A DNA stretch of 64,000 nt from Lama glama (taxonomy: Eukaryota): positions 10,230,001 through 10,294,000 of the forward strand of contig CM052832.1 in the NCBI GenBank assembly GCA_028534125.1. Direction: 5' to 3'. Each line of letters starts with the position of its first letter. The stretch's first letter is position 1. Positions 13,001-28,000 of the stretch are shown piece by piece. The translations under genes and the position numbers were made by a program. The notes under the pieces are model-generated. The model was not told the DNA's origin and did no database searches. It worked only from the letters and a program-made list of their open reading frames with translations.

Positions 13001-16000
13001 CCCGCAGTAGAGGCACTCCAAATTCTAGGTCCTCGGTTTGAAGCAGGGATAGCCCCTCCGGTAGCCGGAGAGGAGAGGCAGCAACTGAAATACAGGAAAA
13101 TCTAAGTGAGAGTCTCACTTAAAGTCCTTTTATGCTACCAGGTAGCAAATTCCCAAGCACATGCTGCTAGTTTATAAGAAAATTTTATTTCTAATTCTTA
13201 CTTTGTATTACTGCTTTCTTTGCATAAAAAATTTTACACCAATCTGAGAGTGGCACTGATCATATTTAATATAAAGTACAAGAGGGAAGAAATAATCAGT
13301 GGTACAGAACTACACTGAATAGATTTCTTAGTTGTTTCTTCTAAGTTGAGCTTTTTTTACTAAAAATTATTGTAAATATCAAATAATCAGAAAGGCTCTG
13401 CCCAAATATAAGGCCCAAACATATTTCAAAGTCAAAGGGAAATTATCTGTGGGTTATATGTGTTCTGAGTAGCTTATGCCACAATTTTATTCTTTCAGGT
13501 GGAGAATTTGAGATTGCAGCTATTTAACGTACATTTTGCGTTATTGATGTCTGTTTCAGTGTCACATGTGTTTAACTTCCTTATAACCTTCTAAAATTAG
13601 AAATAGTTCATCTTTTTTTCTTTTTATTTATCCCAAAAAGCCAATAAAAGACTATGGCAATATTTTTTGAACCAAAAATCAAAACACAAATACTTAACAC
13701 ATGGGGTTAACAAGGAACTAGAATTCTTGAAATTAAGACAACTCTAAAAAACAAAGGCCATTCATTTACTATAACCATGGCTCCTCCATGATTAAAATAA
13801 GCACTTTTCCCAATTTCTTAGACATAAGCTTTAAGAGAGTGGGCCTGTGATCTATGATACGGATGCTCTTTCTGAACACAGATACCCTCACCCAAAGCTC
13901 TCTATTTGGGCCTGAGAACAAGGGAATAAATAGCTCTTCCTCACCTGGCTTTCTCTTCTCTTTGGTTTGTTCAATAATCTCGATAGAGGAAGGCACTAAT
14001 ATTGGCTCAGCAGGAAGCTCTTGGCTCTTGCTGCACCAGCAGAGCACGTGTATGTCCACAAGAGCCCTCAGCACCTGAAGTAGCTTATTTTCACTCCAGC
14101 CAGGCAGGAGGTGCTGCAGTAGATCTATGTGGAAGGAGTGACCGATGACTGCTGCACACTTAACCAGCAACTGTTCCTCTGGGTTCAATTGATCCAGTTG
14201 GTTCACTGCTATTTCTGAAGGAAAAAAAAAAAAGCAATGAATAAGCTTTCTACAAACGTAGAATATATTGTGCTAATAATACATTGTGTTCATTTAAAAA
14301 AAAGGCTTGCTTTTTGCCCACTCCTTTTTCACTCAGCCAAATCTCTTGAAAGAGCCTTATCTCCATGTCCTCTTTTGTCCCCATTCCCCATTTATTATTC
14401 AACCAACAATCAGGTTTTCACCAAAACACTGAAACTGTACTCCTCATGGTCACCAAAACCTTTTGTTGGTAGACCTGAAGTTGTGTTCTGAATCCTGTAC
14501 TAACAATTCTTCCCATTTTCCTCCTACTTTCAACTAAACACTGAGGTTGGCTTCCAGGTCCCAGAATTCAAATAACTGTAAAGATCTGAATTAACTAAAG
14601 TATTTTACTAAATCTCTCCATATTCTGACCAGTAAGCCACCAAGCCCAAAATCTTAGAATAATTCTAAACTTTTTCCTCTCCCTCACAACCACCAGTCAT
14701 CTGCTCATTATCTTTCTAAATAATCTTGAATATGATTCTTCCCAAACAATTTTACTATAAGCAGTCATTTTCACCTGGATCACCATACTACTCTGTTTTG
14801 AACATCTCCAAGTTCCTCTCATTCTTAGCCCTAAGACACACTAACTAGTGGTTGGATTATACGCCTCATGTACAAATATAATCATGCCAGCACCCTTCTT
14901 AAATACTCTTATAACTTATATGGCCTTTCGCAATTTAGCTTTGGCCTTTCATTTAGACCAAGGCTTTGCTGACTGAACGATTCATTTTAGCTTTTTCTTT
15001 CCATGTGGATTAACTTTCTAGCTATTTTCCCAGAACCCTGATAAAATTAGAATGCCAGCTGAGTTACCAGGTAACATTGCTTATGCTAAGAGTGATCCCT
15101 CATAGGAAGTTGAATTTGGACTAGGAGAACTGTGAATAAGGTACAAATACCTGGTGGTAAGCCACAGCTTTGGGCTTCCCTGGGTATAGTAATTCTTGTG
15201 ACAGGTCACACTCCTGGCAGGGCCTGCAGGCTATGCCTAGATGGCTATTATAAGAGATGCCAGTTCCTAGCTGGGAAATGGGGCATCCAAGCACTCATCC
15301 AGGAGAGATGAGTGACCTCATTCCATCACATCTAAGCTATTCCTTGAGGCTCCAGAGATAGCAGTGGAAACTGATGTGGGGATTCCCACTGAAGAAAACC
15401 ACTTGCTGCTGTTCTGCTAGAGTGCTGTTTCCTGACCTGCATGCTTCTAAGTTAGTAAAGCCAATGCTAAGTGTGGCCTATCACGGCTGTAGGTATATAA
15501 CTGTCCAGATGGACCTAAAACCACCAGAGTGAATAGCTTATAATAGCTAACATTCATTGAATATGTATTATGCACCATGATTTATTTGATTTAATCCTCA
15601 ACCAACCCCATGAGGTAGGAACTATCATTAACCCCATTTGAATGATGAGAGGACTAAGACTTAGATCTAAGTTTATATAAGGTTTCACAGCCAGTAAGTG
15701 GAGGAGCCAATGGTACCCAGGTTTTTCTGACCCCAGAGTCCTGGCTCTTAATTACCAAGGTGTTCTGTACTGCTGTTTCATATGCATATCCTATATTCTC
15801 AGCAAGAACATATTTGACTTGAAGGCCTACTTATTCATCATAATTTTCCTCAAGAAGGTTAGCAAAGTACCCTGCCCACCAAATACCTGAATAGAATATT
15901 AAGGAAAAAAAAAAAAAACCCCAAAACCTCCTTGTCTCTAAGAAGAAGATCCTCTCTAATTATATCTACCCAATTCTGATGGCTTCTTTACTCTTTATCT

Positions 16001-19000
16001 CATCATTCATTATAAACTTTCTTTGTACTCTTTTTATGAAATTCCTGCTATGTGCGTAACACTGTCTCCTCACTACCACCATGGATTTTCTTAAACTTCA
16101 GTAACATTGTCTCCCTTGTTCACTGTCTCCTCCAGCACAGGAACATGCACAAAGGGAAACTCAGGACATAATTTTTATTAAATAACTAGAAAACTTTTCC
16201 AGATAATCAGTCAGCCTCAAAGAGAACAGTGGGCTTACTTAAGTAAATCATTACTCAGCTAGCATTACAAGTCTTTAAGAGCTCTTCTGGTAGTGCCAAA
16301 ATTTATTTCTGGAAGGCAGGTTTCTTTTTTAAAGAAATAAAGCTAGCATGATAATGAGAGACCTATACTCAATCAACCACCAAATTACTAAGTGCAATGA
16401 TATCTGTAATTGGTTTACTTGAGGTTTTTAGGGGACCTGCCTTTTAATAATGGTGGGAGAAGCACTGTATCCAAGTTTACATCATCCTTGACTGTACATA
16501 CATAAAGGTCCTGGTCTTCAGAGCTGGCAGGAGAAATACTATACATTGTGGATTTCATGGCATTGGCTGTAGGAAAAGAAGACTACGACTGAGGAAAATG
16601 CCATGCTCAGAGACTGTGGTTTTAAAGATACAAAAATACAAGAATTTAGTCAAGAAACTAAAAGGATTAAGATGAAAGGAGCTATAAGATTTAAAGTGGT
16701 TTACCCACCCATCCTGCCGGTTCTCTAATTTTCTCTTAGAAATGAACAACATTTTCTGTACCACATGGTATCCAACATTCTCACCCTTCCTGTTTACTTT
16801 CCAACAGCCCTTGATTCTGCTACCTCACAGCTCCAGGATGCCTTTCTGGATTTTACACATACTTCTCTCTCTTTCCTCCTCCCTTCTTCCATTCCTCATT
16901 CAGATTTACCACGTCACCCTTCTCATCAGTAACGTGCAATTCTCTATTGGACTCTCAAGTTTATCAATCCTTTCTAGTGGACTCTGATGTTTATAAATCC
17001 TATTTTCCTATCTTCACCTCCTGGGCTGCTCAAAAAGGAACTAAAGTAGATTGACTCAATTACTTTACCTGAGGCAGGGATTTAGTGTTTTCAACATAAC
17101 TACATATTATCTGTATAGTACACTTAGCCAGGAAGGCCTAACCTTGCTTATGATGCCGGCAGGGAATAGACACATGCTTCATAAGGGCCAGGTGATGCCA
17201 TGGTCAAGAATGAACTCCAGCAGCAGGACCAGGGTAGAACCCTGGGGTACTCAGCTTACCTGAGAGGGTCTCCCACTTGCTAGTCTCCACCTCCTCCTTT
17301 TGGAGGTCATGAAAGAGCAATATGTTCTTAGAGAGAAGGTCCTGGCATAAGACCTCACAGTAAAGGGGGTTTCCAAAGCACCTGCGGAGAAGGTAGCTGT
17401 AGAGAGGTAAGTAGGGGATTAAAGATGTCCACTGACTAAAGATGTCCACTTGAAGAAAGCCAAGCATAAGGGTATTTCATACTGAGGAATATTTCTTCTG
17501 TTGTTAAAGTCAGTTCTTGATGATATACACTAACAGAAGGAAGCCTCGGCATAAAAATGTTAAAAAAAGTTTCTGATTGGTTTTGAAATGTATTTTGGCA
17601 GTAACTTTTCTCTTAACTATCTTCCTTCTATTGATGTTAAAAGGAACTAACATCCCCTTGCTAAAGGGCCTGACAAAAACTGGCCTGACCACACATAATG
17701 GACATGTAAAGCAAGTTATCCAGGTCCTAACAGACCTGTGAAAACCTGGATGAACGGCCCAGGGAGATAGTCCTTTACTGGGTACTAGGAGACTGTCTAC
17801 CTTTAAATCTAGTTTTGGGCCTCACCATGGTCGCTAACGTCATTCTCTCCCTCAACTTTGGTGAGACCTGAGCCTTCTCACTTATATTATGGCACCGGCT
17901 CCTCCCTTAATGAAGTGCCCAGCTGGTCCTAGCCACTCACATCTGTAGCTCTTGGGGGATGCTCACCACCCCCAGTTCCCAACATGCCATTCTCAGCAGT
18001 GAGGTCTCTGCCAACTTCAAAATGGGTACAAGGATGGCCTGAGGGCTCTGCAGGAAGTGCTGGGCCCAGCCACACAGGGCGAAGGTGGGGGTCAATGTCA
18101 TCACCATGATGATGGGCACACTGGAGAGCAATGTTCCCAAAAACTCCCAGGAAGCTGCATCCATATACTGGGCCTCGTCAATGAGGAATATCAGCGGTGT
18201 TTCCCTCACTGCCTGGAAATAACAGCAAGGAAACAATGACAACCTCTGATTAGAAATGAAGTCACTTTATTTTGAAATCTACCATAAATTTCCCATCAAC
18301 AATTTTAAGTAAAATGTCAACATAGGCTGGGATTTTCAGAGTAAAATGTATCCTAAGTCCAGGTAATATTTTACTTCATAAATATAAAATATAGCCTGTA
18401 TATCTAATTCCTAAAGAAATCTACCGAGTTTCTTTGAACAAGAAAATACTCTAACTGAAACATGAAATGAGCATCAAAATATTCTCCAAATCAAATATGA
18501 AGCTTTCAAATATTTCATTTTGGCAAAAGCTTCAAACTGTGGGAATTCATAGTATTTTAAACCAGCTTCCAGACCAGGCTGCATATGAGAATCACCTAGG
18601 AGTGCTTGCTAAAACTACCAGTTACCATGCCCCACTCATATACACTTTAAAAAAATACCTCCTTCCCACCAAAAAAAATGAATAAAATTAAAAAAAATCT
18701 AAATATATATATACAAAATTTTTTAAAAAGATAGATACAAACAATGAAGAAATGCCTAAGTCAAGGTATGATAGAGATAGATTAAAATGAGCATAAACTA
18801 TCTGCACATGTTAAGAGTTGACGGCATGTAGCAAAAGTACCCACCTTCTGAAGCACTTGAAAAAAACATGCTTTAACCTTCTTTTGTCTGGCCAGGTCAT
18901 CCATGCGTGAAACTCTGAAGGATAAGGGAAACTGACCGGGAAAATTATTCAGATATTATCTTTCAAAATAACAATCTAATAAAAATATACAGGTTCTCAA

Positions 19001-22000
19001 AAGGGAACAGAAAATGATTCTATTTTGAGTGAGAATAGCTTTCCACAGGACTAGGCATAGGGTTACAAATACTAATCCAACATCCATATACAGTTCAGAG
19101 GGCAGACTGAAAGTCCACTGGTAGTTAGAGAGAGCGCGCTCCTTTCCATACCAGACTCTGGCAAATCTTTAAAGGATCATGACTAAGGAGTAAAGTGACA
19201 GGTGAGACTTAGTAATGTCAATTTGGACAACTCCAGTACCCCCATGCTTCCAAGTATACTATAATGAATGTATGCATGACACTTGTGAGAAAGAATCGCA
19301 GTGGATGTCTCCAACACTGTGTCAGGCTGGCACATGAGCTATCATGGACCTGAGAGCCAAAGTGAGCCTATTACTTGACTGCTTTGGCCAGGGTCCCAGG
19401 TAAGGCCTGGCTTAAGCAAGTGCTATGCTGAAGGATTGGACAAATTTTCATTTTTCCTATTTTTCACTCAATACAACATCCTGCATGCTGGGGTAGATTA
19501 GGAGAAGTGATGGAAGATGAATAAATGGAATTGTGGACCAAGGAATTCTTAGCCTACTCGCTGCTGGAGACCGCATAAATCCTAGACCACTGGAAGCTTT
19601 TGAGATTCAGATGCTAGTTCAAGTGACATACTCCATGGCCTGGGGTAGGGCAGGTAAGGTTAAAAAACAGAACACTGCAATTGACTCAAGAACACGTGGA
19701 TGTAATTGTTGGAGATGCTCGACTGGTCAGTATCACCTGGACAAATTTTAGCACTTTCACATTTACAATGCAATCTCTTATATATTACATCCTTTACAAA
19801 ATTCATGCAAAACCCATATAAAGTACTATCATCATCATTTCACCGTTGAAAAAAAACTGAGGCTCAGAGAGGCTAAGTGATTTGTGCCAAGACATACAGC
19901 TAGCAAGACTGAGAGTCAGTCCTAGAATCCACTCTTCTCAAAAAAGGAAAAAACCTGGGTTTTGGTGTCAAAGGCTTTTCAAATCTTGATCCTGCCACTC
20001 CTAACTATCTGTTCTTAAACGATGCATATACATATGGCCAACAGGTGTTAGATTAGAAGACAATCCTGGGTCCAACTATCCACCAAAAATACAAATAATC
20101 CAGTTCAGAGAGCTACTGCCTTCATTACCTTCACGAAGAAGAGGTCATTAAAAAGACAGTGAAGCGGTTCTTCCACCATTCCATGGAGCTGTTTGAAGAG
20201 GCACTCTTGCCGGTAACAGGCTGGGCATGTATCAATCTCAAAGAAGATAGCCATGAGGGTCTGGATGGCATAGAAGCGCTGCTTGGAATCTGCTTCCTTC
20301 AGCTTCAGTGGCAACACCCTGATGAATGTTACTGTGGTCACTGGGAGTCCCCTGATCCACAGAGAGGTTATTCACTCCACCAGCCCAATGATTCTGAATC
20401 TAACAACACAAGAGTCTCACCAACGAGGCAAAGGAGCCCCAAAACAAATAGGTGCATAGCACAAGTCTTTACCTGTGTCCTTCTTTCTGGGCCAGGAAGT
20501 TTATTTCAGCCAACAGCTGACTTTTTCCATAGCCTTTTCCACCTTCATACAGAACTGCTTGTCCCTTCTTCAGGTGCAAACATCTCTGCTGTGCCATTTG
20601 GAAGGCTTCTAGTTCTTTCTCCCGGTCTGTAGAGAGACAGGGAGCACCTAACACCTGTGGTTTTTAGCAGACACTTATTTATTTGAATTAATTTACAAAG
20701 GTGATTCTCAGAATGGCTTCTCCCCCAATATCTTTGACAGAATCCCATTCTTTGATGAACCTTCACATCTCTTTCTAGAAAATCAACTCTTCATGATACA
20801 GAAATGTGTGTTGGGCTTGAGGGGCTTGCTCCAAAGCCCAAGTAATAACATTTAGAACAGTTAGGCAGCACATGGGCATGGAGACTATCATATCTTCTTA
20901 GCTTTTTGTAAAAATTTCCATTGTAACAATTTAGTGTTTAAAGTCTGTCACCACCACATGAAAATAATGGACGAATAGAAGTAGATAAAACAAAGATCGG
21001 GATATACAGTATGGGTGGAACAGTGTCGGTGCTATCTTTACTATTTCAGAATGAGAAATTTCCCCCTTAAGATGATCAACAACAAGCAGATCAGACCTCA
21101 ATAGCTTAACTCTGACTTACAAAGATTCTTACTAAATGTTGGCACTTCTCAGGCAAAGTGATAGGACCCAACTTGAAATTTAAACATTCAACATGGAAAA
21201 GAAATGGAAAATCCACTTCAAAATTAACAAATTCACTAATAAATCTATTTTTTAATAAAAGTTTAGAAGCATTTAGTCTCGCATTTTGTTTTTGAAATCA
21301 TATGTAACCATCTACAGCTGAAAAAAAATATGATTAAAGGTAAAAAAGAAAACTTACCTAACAATGGGTGATTTTGATTTCTCTCTCTGGCCAAATGTCT
21401 CTTCCCAAACATTCTGGAAAAAAGGACAAAGGGAAACATTTCAATTAAAAATAGATTGGGATGGATAGATAATACATCTCTAAATAGACAGAGGGCAAGT
21501 TGTCCTCATAAACAAGTATTTCAGACAACTAAAGAGGTCCGGAGTTCTGTACAAGAGTTTTTTAAAAAGTGAAAAAAATGTTTTTGGTGGGGGAAGGGGA
21601 GAAAAAGCATTGACTGCTCCAGGCTCAGGAAAGTAAATAGGTTGTGAAGTATACAAAGGAAAAAGAACATCTAGATTAGTGAGCTACTGCGATCCTCTTC
21701 CTGTTGGACAGCAAGAAGCTCACTGACACATAAAACCTGAAGCTCTCAGACACGAAACCCTCCACTTACGTTTCCTATTCTAGCAGGCCAGCACTAGAAG
21801 CATCTTTCTTTCTAATTTCATATAATCAAGCACTGATTATTCCTATGCCCTGCTACTATAAAGAGATGGGAGTGAAGTATCACATAATGACACTCACATA
21901 CATCTTCTATGGCCAAGATATTCATACATCTTCTCTGGGTTGGAGATGTTTTTCATCATTTTCTCTGGGAGCTTCTTGAAGTTATAAGCAGGTAGCATAG

Positions 22001-25000
22001 ATCTTAGATATGTTACCTCATCACAGGACACCAAACCTGGATAAGCAGTTATCATTCTTGCCAAAAGGCTCACTTTTGGGCCAATAACTGTATCAGGGAG
22101 AAGTAAAGAAAAGGATGGAGAATTTTTGAACCAACTCCTCCACCTTCACCCCTCTAACAAGTCACAGAGCTAACAGTCCAATGTCCTATTCTACCTGTAT
22201 ATTCGTGTCTTGCTACTGCCCCAACCATGCCACAGAATACTGGTCCATTGGTGATACTGATGGAAACAAGCCTGGGGATCAGAAAAACAACAGTGAGTAA
22301 ATATGCACTCAGAAGCCTCTAAGTCAGACACTAGACGTGCCACTCTCTGGATCCAGAAGTCTAGTTTAGAGCTCAAAATGGAAAAGGCCAGAAGCTGCTG
22401 TCAGTCTGCATCACGTGATGGGTACACAGTACTGAATATTAGGGAGATAGTCAAAAGGAGCAAAATGGTCCCTCCCACCTACAAAAGCCTAATCCTAATG
22501 AAGTATAGAAAATTTCCATTTTCCTTAGCGCAACTATGATAAGATTGGTTGGAATTTTTCAAATGGCCTTTTTTTTTTCCACTAGAAAACTATGGGGAAA
22601 GTGAATAGATTTGAAAAGTTATTTCTAATGTCAACACTAAGTCAGAGATTTGTTTGCTTGCCATACTTATTCAAGATGAATAAAACCTGTGTCATACATT
22701 TACACAATGCTTTAACATTTATAGAATACTTTAGTATATGCTACTAGTGTGAATATTTGTATCCTTCTTTTACACGTGAGGAAACTAAGGCCACAGAAGA
22801 GAAGTTACTAGCGTATAGCAGAGCTGGTAACGAAACCCAGATCGTCTGTCCTCAAATCCTGTGTGGATATTCCCCCAAAGGAACAGCATATATTACTAAA
22901 GTGATACCATTATAAAAAAAATAAATAAATAAAATTCAGTGATACCATTAAAAAGGCAGTAATACTGAAAAGGAACTTAGAGGCTTTCTGATCCAACTCC
23001 TTATTTTATAGATAAAAAGAGCAGGAGGTCAGTTCAGTGTGAATTCCAGAAAAATTAGTAGGGCTGGGAAAGACCAAAAGCGAAAGCCAAGAAGGAGAGC
23101 ATTAACCAGCTGTGGTCCCTCCTATCTAGGTTATTGCCCCACAATTTGTTTTCCCATGCCGCCCCTCCCCACAGACAGGCAGCCTTCCTTCCACATACAG
23201 ATACATTATTTTTATATTCATTTCCACATCTGCTTGTTCCTTCGCAATGTTCTTGAATCTTGCTATGCATATTGTGTCCCTCCCCTTCTCCTACCCCACT
23301 GGATGGAAACTTGCATTCATTTCCCCTGGGTATCTGGTACACAGTTCTGTATCCAGTGATTCTTAACAGACTTTGTTTTCTGACTATCCTCAGCATGTTC
23401 CCTCTCTCCCCTTTGGGCAGATTCCAGATGCCCTCAACCCCTGCTACTTGCTACTGCCTCCTTCCTTGCCTGAAGAGCCCCCTGGGCCTGAGAAGTTCCT
23501 CTCTGCCCCACCTTCCTCCTCACTTGGTCTCAGCAAGATTCTCCCAGCAGAAGCTGAAGATGCTGAAGGAGCTCTCCAGGGCATGTGCACACTCATCTGG
23601 CTTCTTATCCCCAGGAAGTCCGAAAACACAGAGGAACATGTAGCCCTGAAATAGATGACAGAGAAAGAAAACGGAACTTGATCTGGGGAAGAAATATGGC
23701 TTGCGTCCACTGCACCAATTTCCCTTAGTGAACCCAGACTCCTTCCAGATTTCTTCCTAGCTGGTTTTCTGTTAGGAATGTAGGGTTCTATAAGATTCAT
23801 GAAATGGGCACGCTAGGCCACAGCAACACGGACATTTTTTTAAAAAGAAGAAGAAATAAAATCTTAATTTAGCTATTTAAAGAACTGAAATTCAAAACAT
23901 GAGAAAAACTGATGTCAAGAACTTTTCAAAAATTCAGTTTTTAGTGTCCAACTTAAGCTAACTCTATCTGCTTCTATTTTCTTCACCTAGAATGTCAAAT
24001 ATTACAATACTGCTCTTTTTCAAGCTCCTAAATTTATGAGAAAGATTTGATTACATATACTTTACTAATAGAGCCATAAAAACATTCTTTATGCCTTCAG
24101 AAGGATTTTTTTTCAACAACGATAGATTTAAAAAGGATATGGAGAGTAACCCTTAGTTACCTTGAAAATTAAATTAACTAGAACATCTCTTTCCTTAACT
24201 ATTACTAGTTGAAGTTTTAATGTAATATAGCTTGCTACAAAATAAGCAGCCGAGGATCTGACTTATGCCTGTGTTATGTGAGAAATAAACTGGTGATACA
24301 AGACTATTATTCCTCACTCACCTTTAATGCTGATGTGTCAAATTCCTTTGTACTTACTTTCTCAAACATAAAGATCCGGCTCAGCTGGCCACCCCCTTTC
24401 TCTATCACTGTGGAGATGTATAAGGCAGCCTCCTGGATAAGATGACACAAATGCAACATCCATTCTGTCTTGCGGAGCTCTAGGCTGACCAAAACCGTAG
24501 TCACGGTACGGAATTCAGATATATACTCCATAGGCTGCCCTTCATCAATCTACAAAGACACAGTGAGTTACCTTGTCTGTATCTTCAACTTTCACTATCA
24601 TGCTTAGGCATTTAAATTCAATATTCCATGGTAAACATGAGAAAATAATTTATGGATGTTAGACAAAAAACTTAAAACTCAGGTTCAAGCAGTATGGAAG
24701 ATATACCAACCAGTACACTTGGAGTTAAAACTGTTTGACTTTAAAACTAATTCACTGATGAAATTTGCTATGCTTTTATATTTCCTTTCTAAGACTTAGT
24801 TTGGTATGTCCAATTCTCCTAGCCATTAAATCGCTCACTAAGGGATTCACATAGATTCAGATACATGTAATCAACACATATTTACCAAGCATATACTCTA
24901 TACCTGTTTATAGTGTACCAGCTTCTAGAGGGACAAACATAAACAAATATGGCTTCTGCTTTCTAGGACTGAGAAATCTAAACTTGTAAGACATGTCACT

Positions 25001-28000
25001 GTAGTAACTGATGCAGATGAGAAAATCTGCTGGTATTAAAATGGGCAGCAGGAGGTGAACTGGATCAGTACAAATGATCATCACATATAAATGTACATTC
25101 TTTACACAAACACACAGTCTACACGATGACTCAAGAACTACAAAATAACCTTCTTCAGAAGGCTTTTCATTATGTGCTTCCTCAGGGTTTGCTCAAGTGC
25201 AGAGTCTGGATCCAACTCCAGGGCTGTTCTTAGAATGTCTGAGAAAAGGAAAACAAACAAAATGTCTCCATGCATGTGAAAAATTAATCTTTGAAATTTT
25301 GGTATTGGATACAAAGGGCCAAGTAACTTACCAGCACTTGTCCGGTAATGTGGCAGGTAATCCAGGCACTTGTCAAAATGCTCATCGAAATCAAATGGGT
25401 CACTGATCCGCATATCTCTTAACTACAGAAAGGAACTGCTCAATTCTGTGCCCACCCACCAACTGGATTACCTTTGGTTCCTTAACAGAGGGGCTGAGGA
25501 TGCCAACTCCCTTGTTTATCTCTTATCTTTCCAGCCTTACTGTTCTGCCTCGTCTATCTTCCTGGGAGAATATTCCCTGCCTCCCTCTAAAATAGAGTTC
25601 CAACATTTGTTGGTTTGGTCAGGCCATGTGTGAGTACCACCAGAGCACTTCCCCGGGTAGTAGGAAGGCCTCTGCAGGACGTTCAATGGATGTGAGCAGC
25701 CTCCTACCTTCACAGCTTCGTCCTCCCTCATGATTTCCACTTCAAACATGTACTGTTCACAGAGCTTCCAGCAGTTCCAGGACAAGACAATCTCATTTGC
25801 CTGAGCCAAACGCTGAGCTAACTGGACACCGTCCACATCCTGCCCAATCACCAAGAGGTACTGTCGCTGCTCGTCTCCAACAATAACCTGGGAAATCCGT
25901 CCTGCAGACAGACCTATCCAGGAAAAAGGAGACACGTGATGAACAGCCAAACTCAGTTGGAAAACTTTGCAAAGGGCGGGGTCTGGAATCCTCACATGGT
26001 TTTATGCATCATGCCAATCTCGTTATTGTCATGAAGTATTAGGTGAGCGCAATCTCAAAAGTAACACCTTGCTCCAGATTTCTTTGTCTTAAACACACCT
26101 AGAGACAGACATTCAAATAAGCCTGAGTTGTATGAGGGAAGAAAAAAGAGATCTTAGGTGTCTGAGAGTTTTGTTTCTAAATTGTTCTTCTAAAGGACAG
26201 CTAGGTCCTGATGGCAGAGACCAAATGGTTATGCTCAGAAACTGCTGACCACACCAGTCCTCCTCACATGTAAGCAGCACTGAGACAGTAGACAATCACT
26301 ATTTTACCAGGCATGGGCTCTGCCATACGCTTTTATTCTGCCTCCTGTTTTTCTTGCCCTGGATTTCTTACTGCTAATAGGGCTGAAAAACTGGTTTGCT
26401 TGCCAGAAAAGAAATGCCTATAACCAAGAGAAGTCTGCCCTTAGGTAAGTCAGTCACCCAATCTACACTAAAAACAAGCGAAAAGTAGTTTTAAAAGAAC
26501 GGCAGAGACATATACTTTTAGCCAAGACAGAATAACAGGTAGTAAATTTACCACAACACCTGGAACAATCATGGAACCGGGAAAAAAGACACGAAACAAC
26601 AGAAACAACAGTTCTCAAGATACTGGCCATCAAGTAATTAAGGACAGTATACTTGAGAGATGAGAAACAAACAAGGTGAACCCTCTGATACCCCAGCTCA
26701 CTGCCTAGAGAGTTTCCAGTACACAGCTTGGAGAGAAGAAACCCAGGTATAGCCTGGAGGGGTCCCCGAGTTGAGGAGACAGAACTAGGAATCTGAGGGG
26801 CCAAGGTGGTTAGAGTTTGTAGGGCACTGTGACTACTGGAGAGTAGACAGAGAGAACTCCAGAGAACTGGGTCTCCCTCGGTCTTTAGCTGAGTACTGAT
26901 AAGTGAATCAATCTGAGGAAACAACTTGAGGCTACAGAAAGAACCACCTGAAAAGATTAGAGGGAACAATCTTTAATATCAGACAGGGCCGGGTATAGTT
27001 CCTATTCCCACTAGCCAGAGTATCAAACTTAATAATTCACAGGACATTAGGTACAGTACCCGGAAGGGGTTTGACTCAGGAACAGGGCAAAACTAGCTCT
27101 GGACTAAACACTGCTCTGGCCCCTCCAACAAAGTTTGAAAGTAAAACCTGAAAGTATCAAGTCAACTACATTCCAGAACTAAGTTCAAGAATATTTATAG
27201 AAATATTTAAAAATTCAACACTCAACAAGGTTAAATTCTACAATGTCTGGCACCTACCAAAAATTACGAGGTGTGCAAAGAAACGGGAAAATATGATTCA
27301 CAATTAGAAGAAAAATCAATCAGTCAAGCCCAGTGCAGAATAATACAAATGACAGAATTTGGAGATCAGGACATTAAAAAAGCTGCAACTATATTCTACA
27401 TATTCAAGAACCTAGAGAAAAGACTGAACAAGTAGGGACATGGAAGATATGGTATCTTCATATGGATGAAGACTATCAGGCTTGAGATGAAAAATACGTT
27501 AGATTGGATCAAAGGCAAATTAGACATTGCAAAAGAGAACATCTGTAAATTTGAAAACACAGCGATAGAAACCATCCAAAAATGAAACACAGGGAGAAAA
27601 AAGACAAAAAAAAATAAACACAGCATCAGTGAGTTGGACAATTTCAAGCAGCCTAATATGTGTGTAGCTAGACAGAGGAGGAGGAAGAGAGAAAAAATTA
27701 TTTGAAGAAATAATGGCAGAATATTTTCTAAATTTTACAAAAACTAGAAGCCTATAGATCCAATAATCTCAATAGGTCCCAAGCATAAGAAAGATGAAGA
27801 AAACTGTACCAAGGCACATGATAATCAGATTGCCTAAAATTAGTGACAGAGAAAAAAATTTTGAAAACAGCTAGGGTGGAAAAGGGAGAGACATTATATA
27901 CAAAGAAACAAAAATAAGGATTTCTTGTTGGAAACATTACAAGCTAGATGTCAGTAGAATGACAGCTTTAATATAAGAAGGGGTGGGGGAAGCCCCTGTC

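Larger units (their letters stand above)
13945..20626 (-). other. STAND-class P-loop NTPase module of the ADCY10-like protein
   Basis: Walker A GGKGYGKS at 20543-20520; Walker B LIFLIDEAQ at 18194-18168; GxP motif (CFGNPLY) in exon 17396-17260; winged-helix-like LDQLNPEEQLLVKCAAVIG in exon 14214-13945. Confidence 0.8.

Noticed and set aside
20159-20632. Plus-strand ORFs overlapping ADCY10-like exons (also 3642-4058 and 23260-23643)
   Set aside because: Antisense shadows of real exons with no independent evidence
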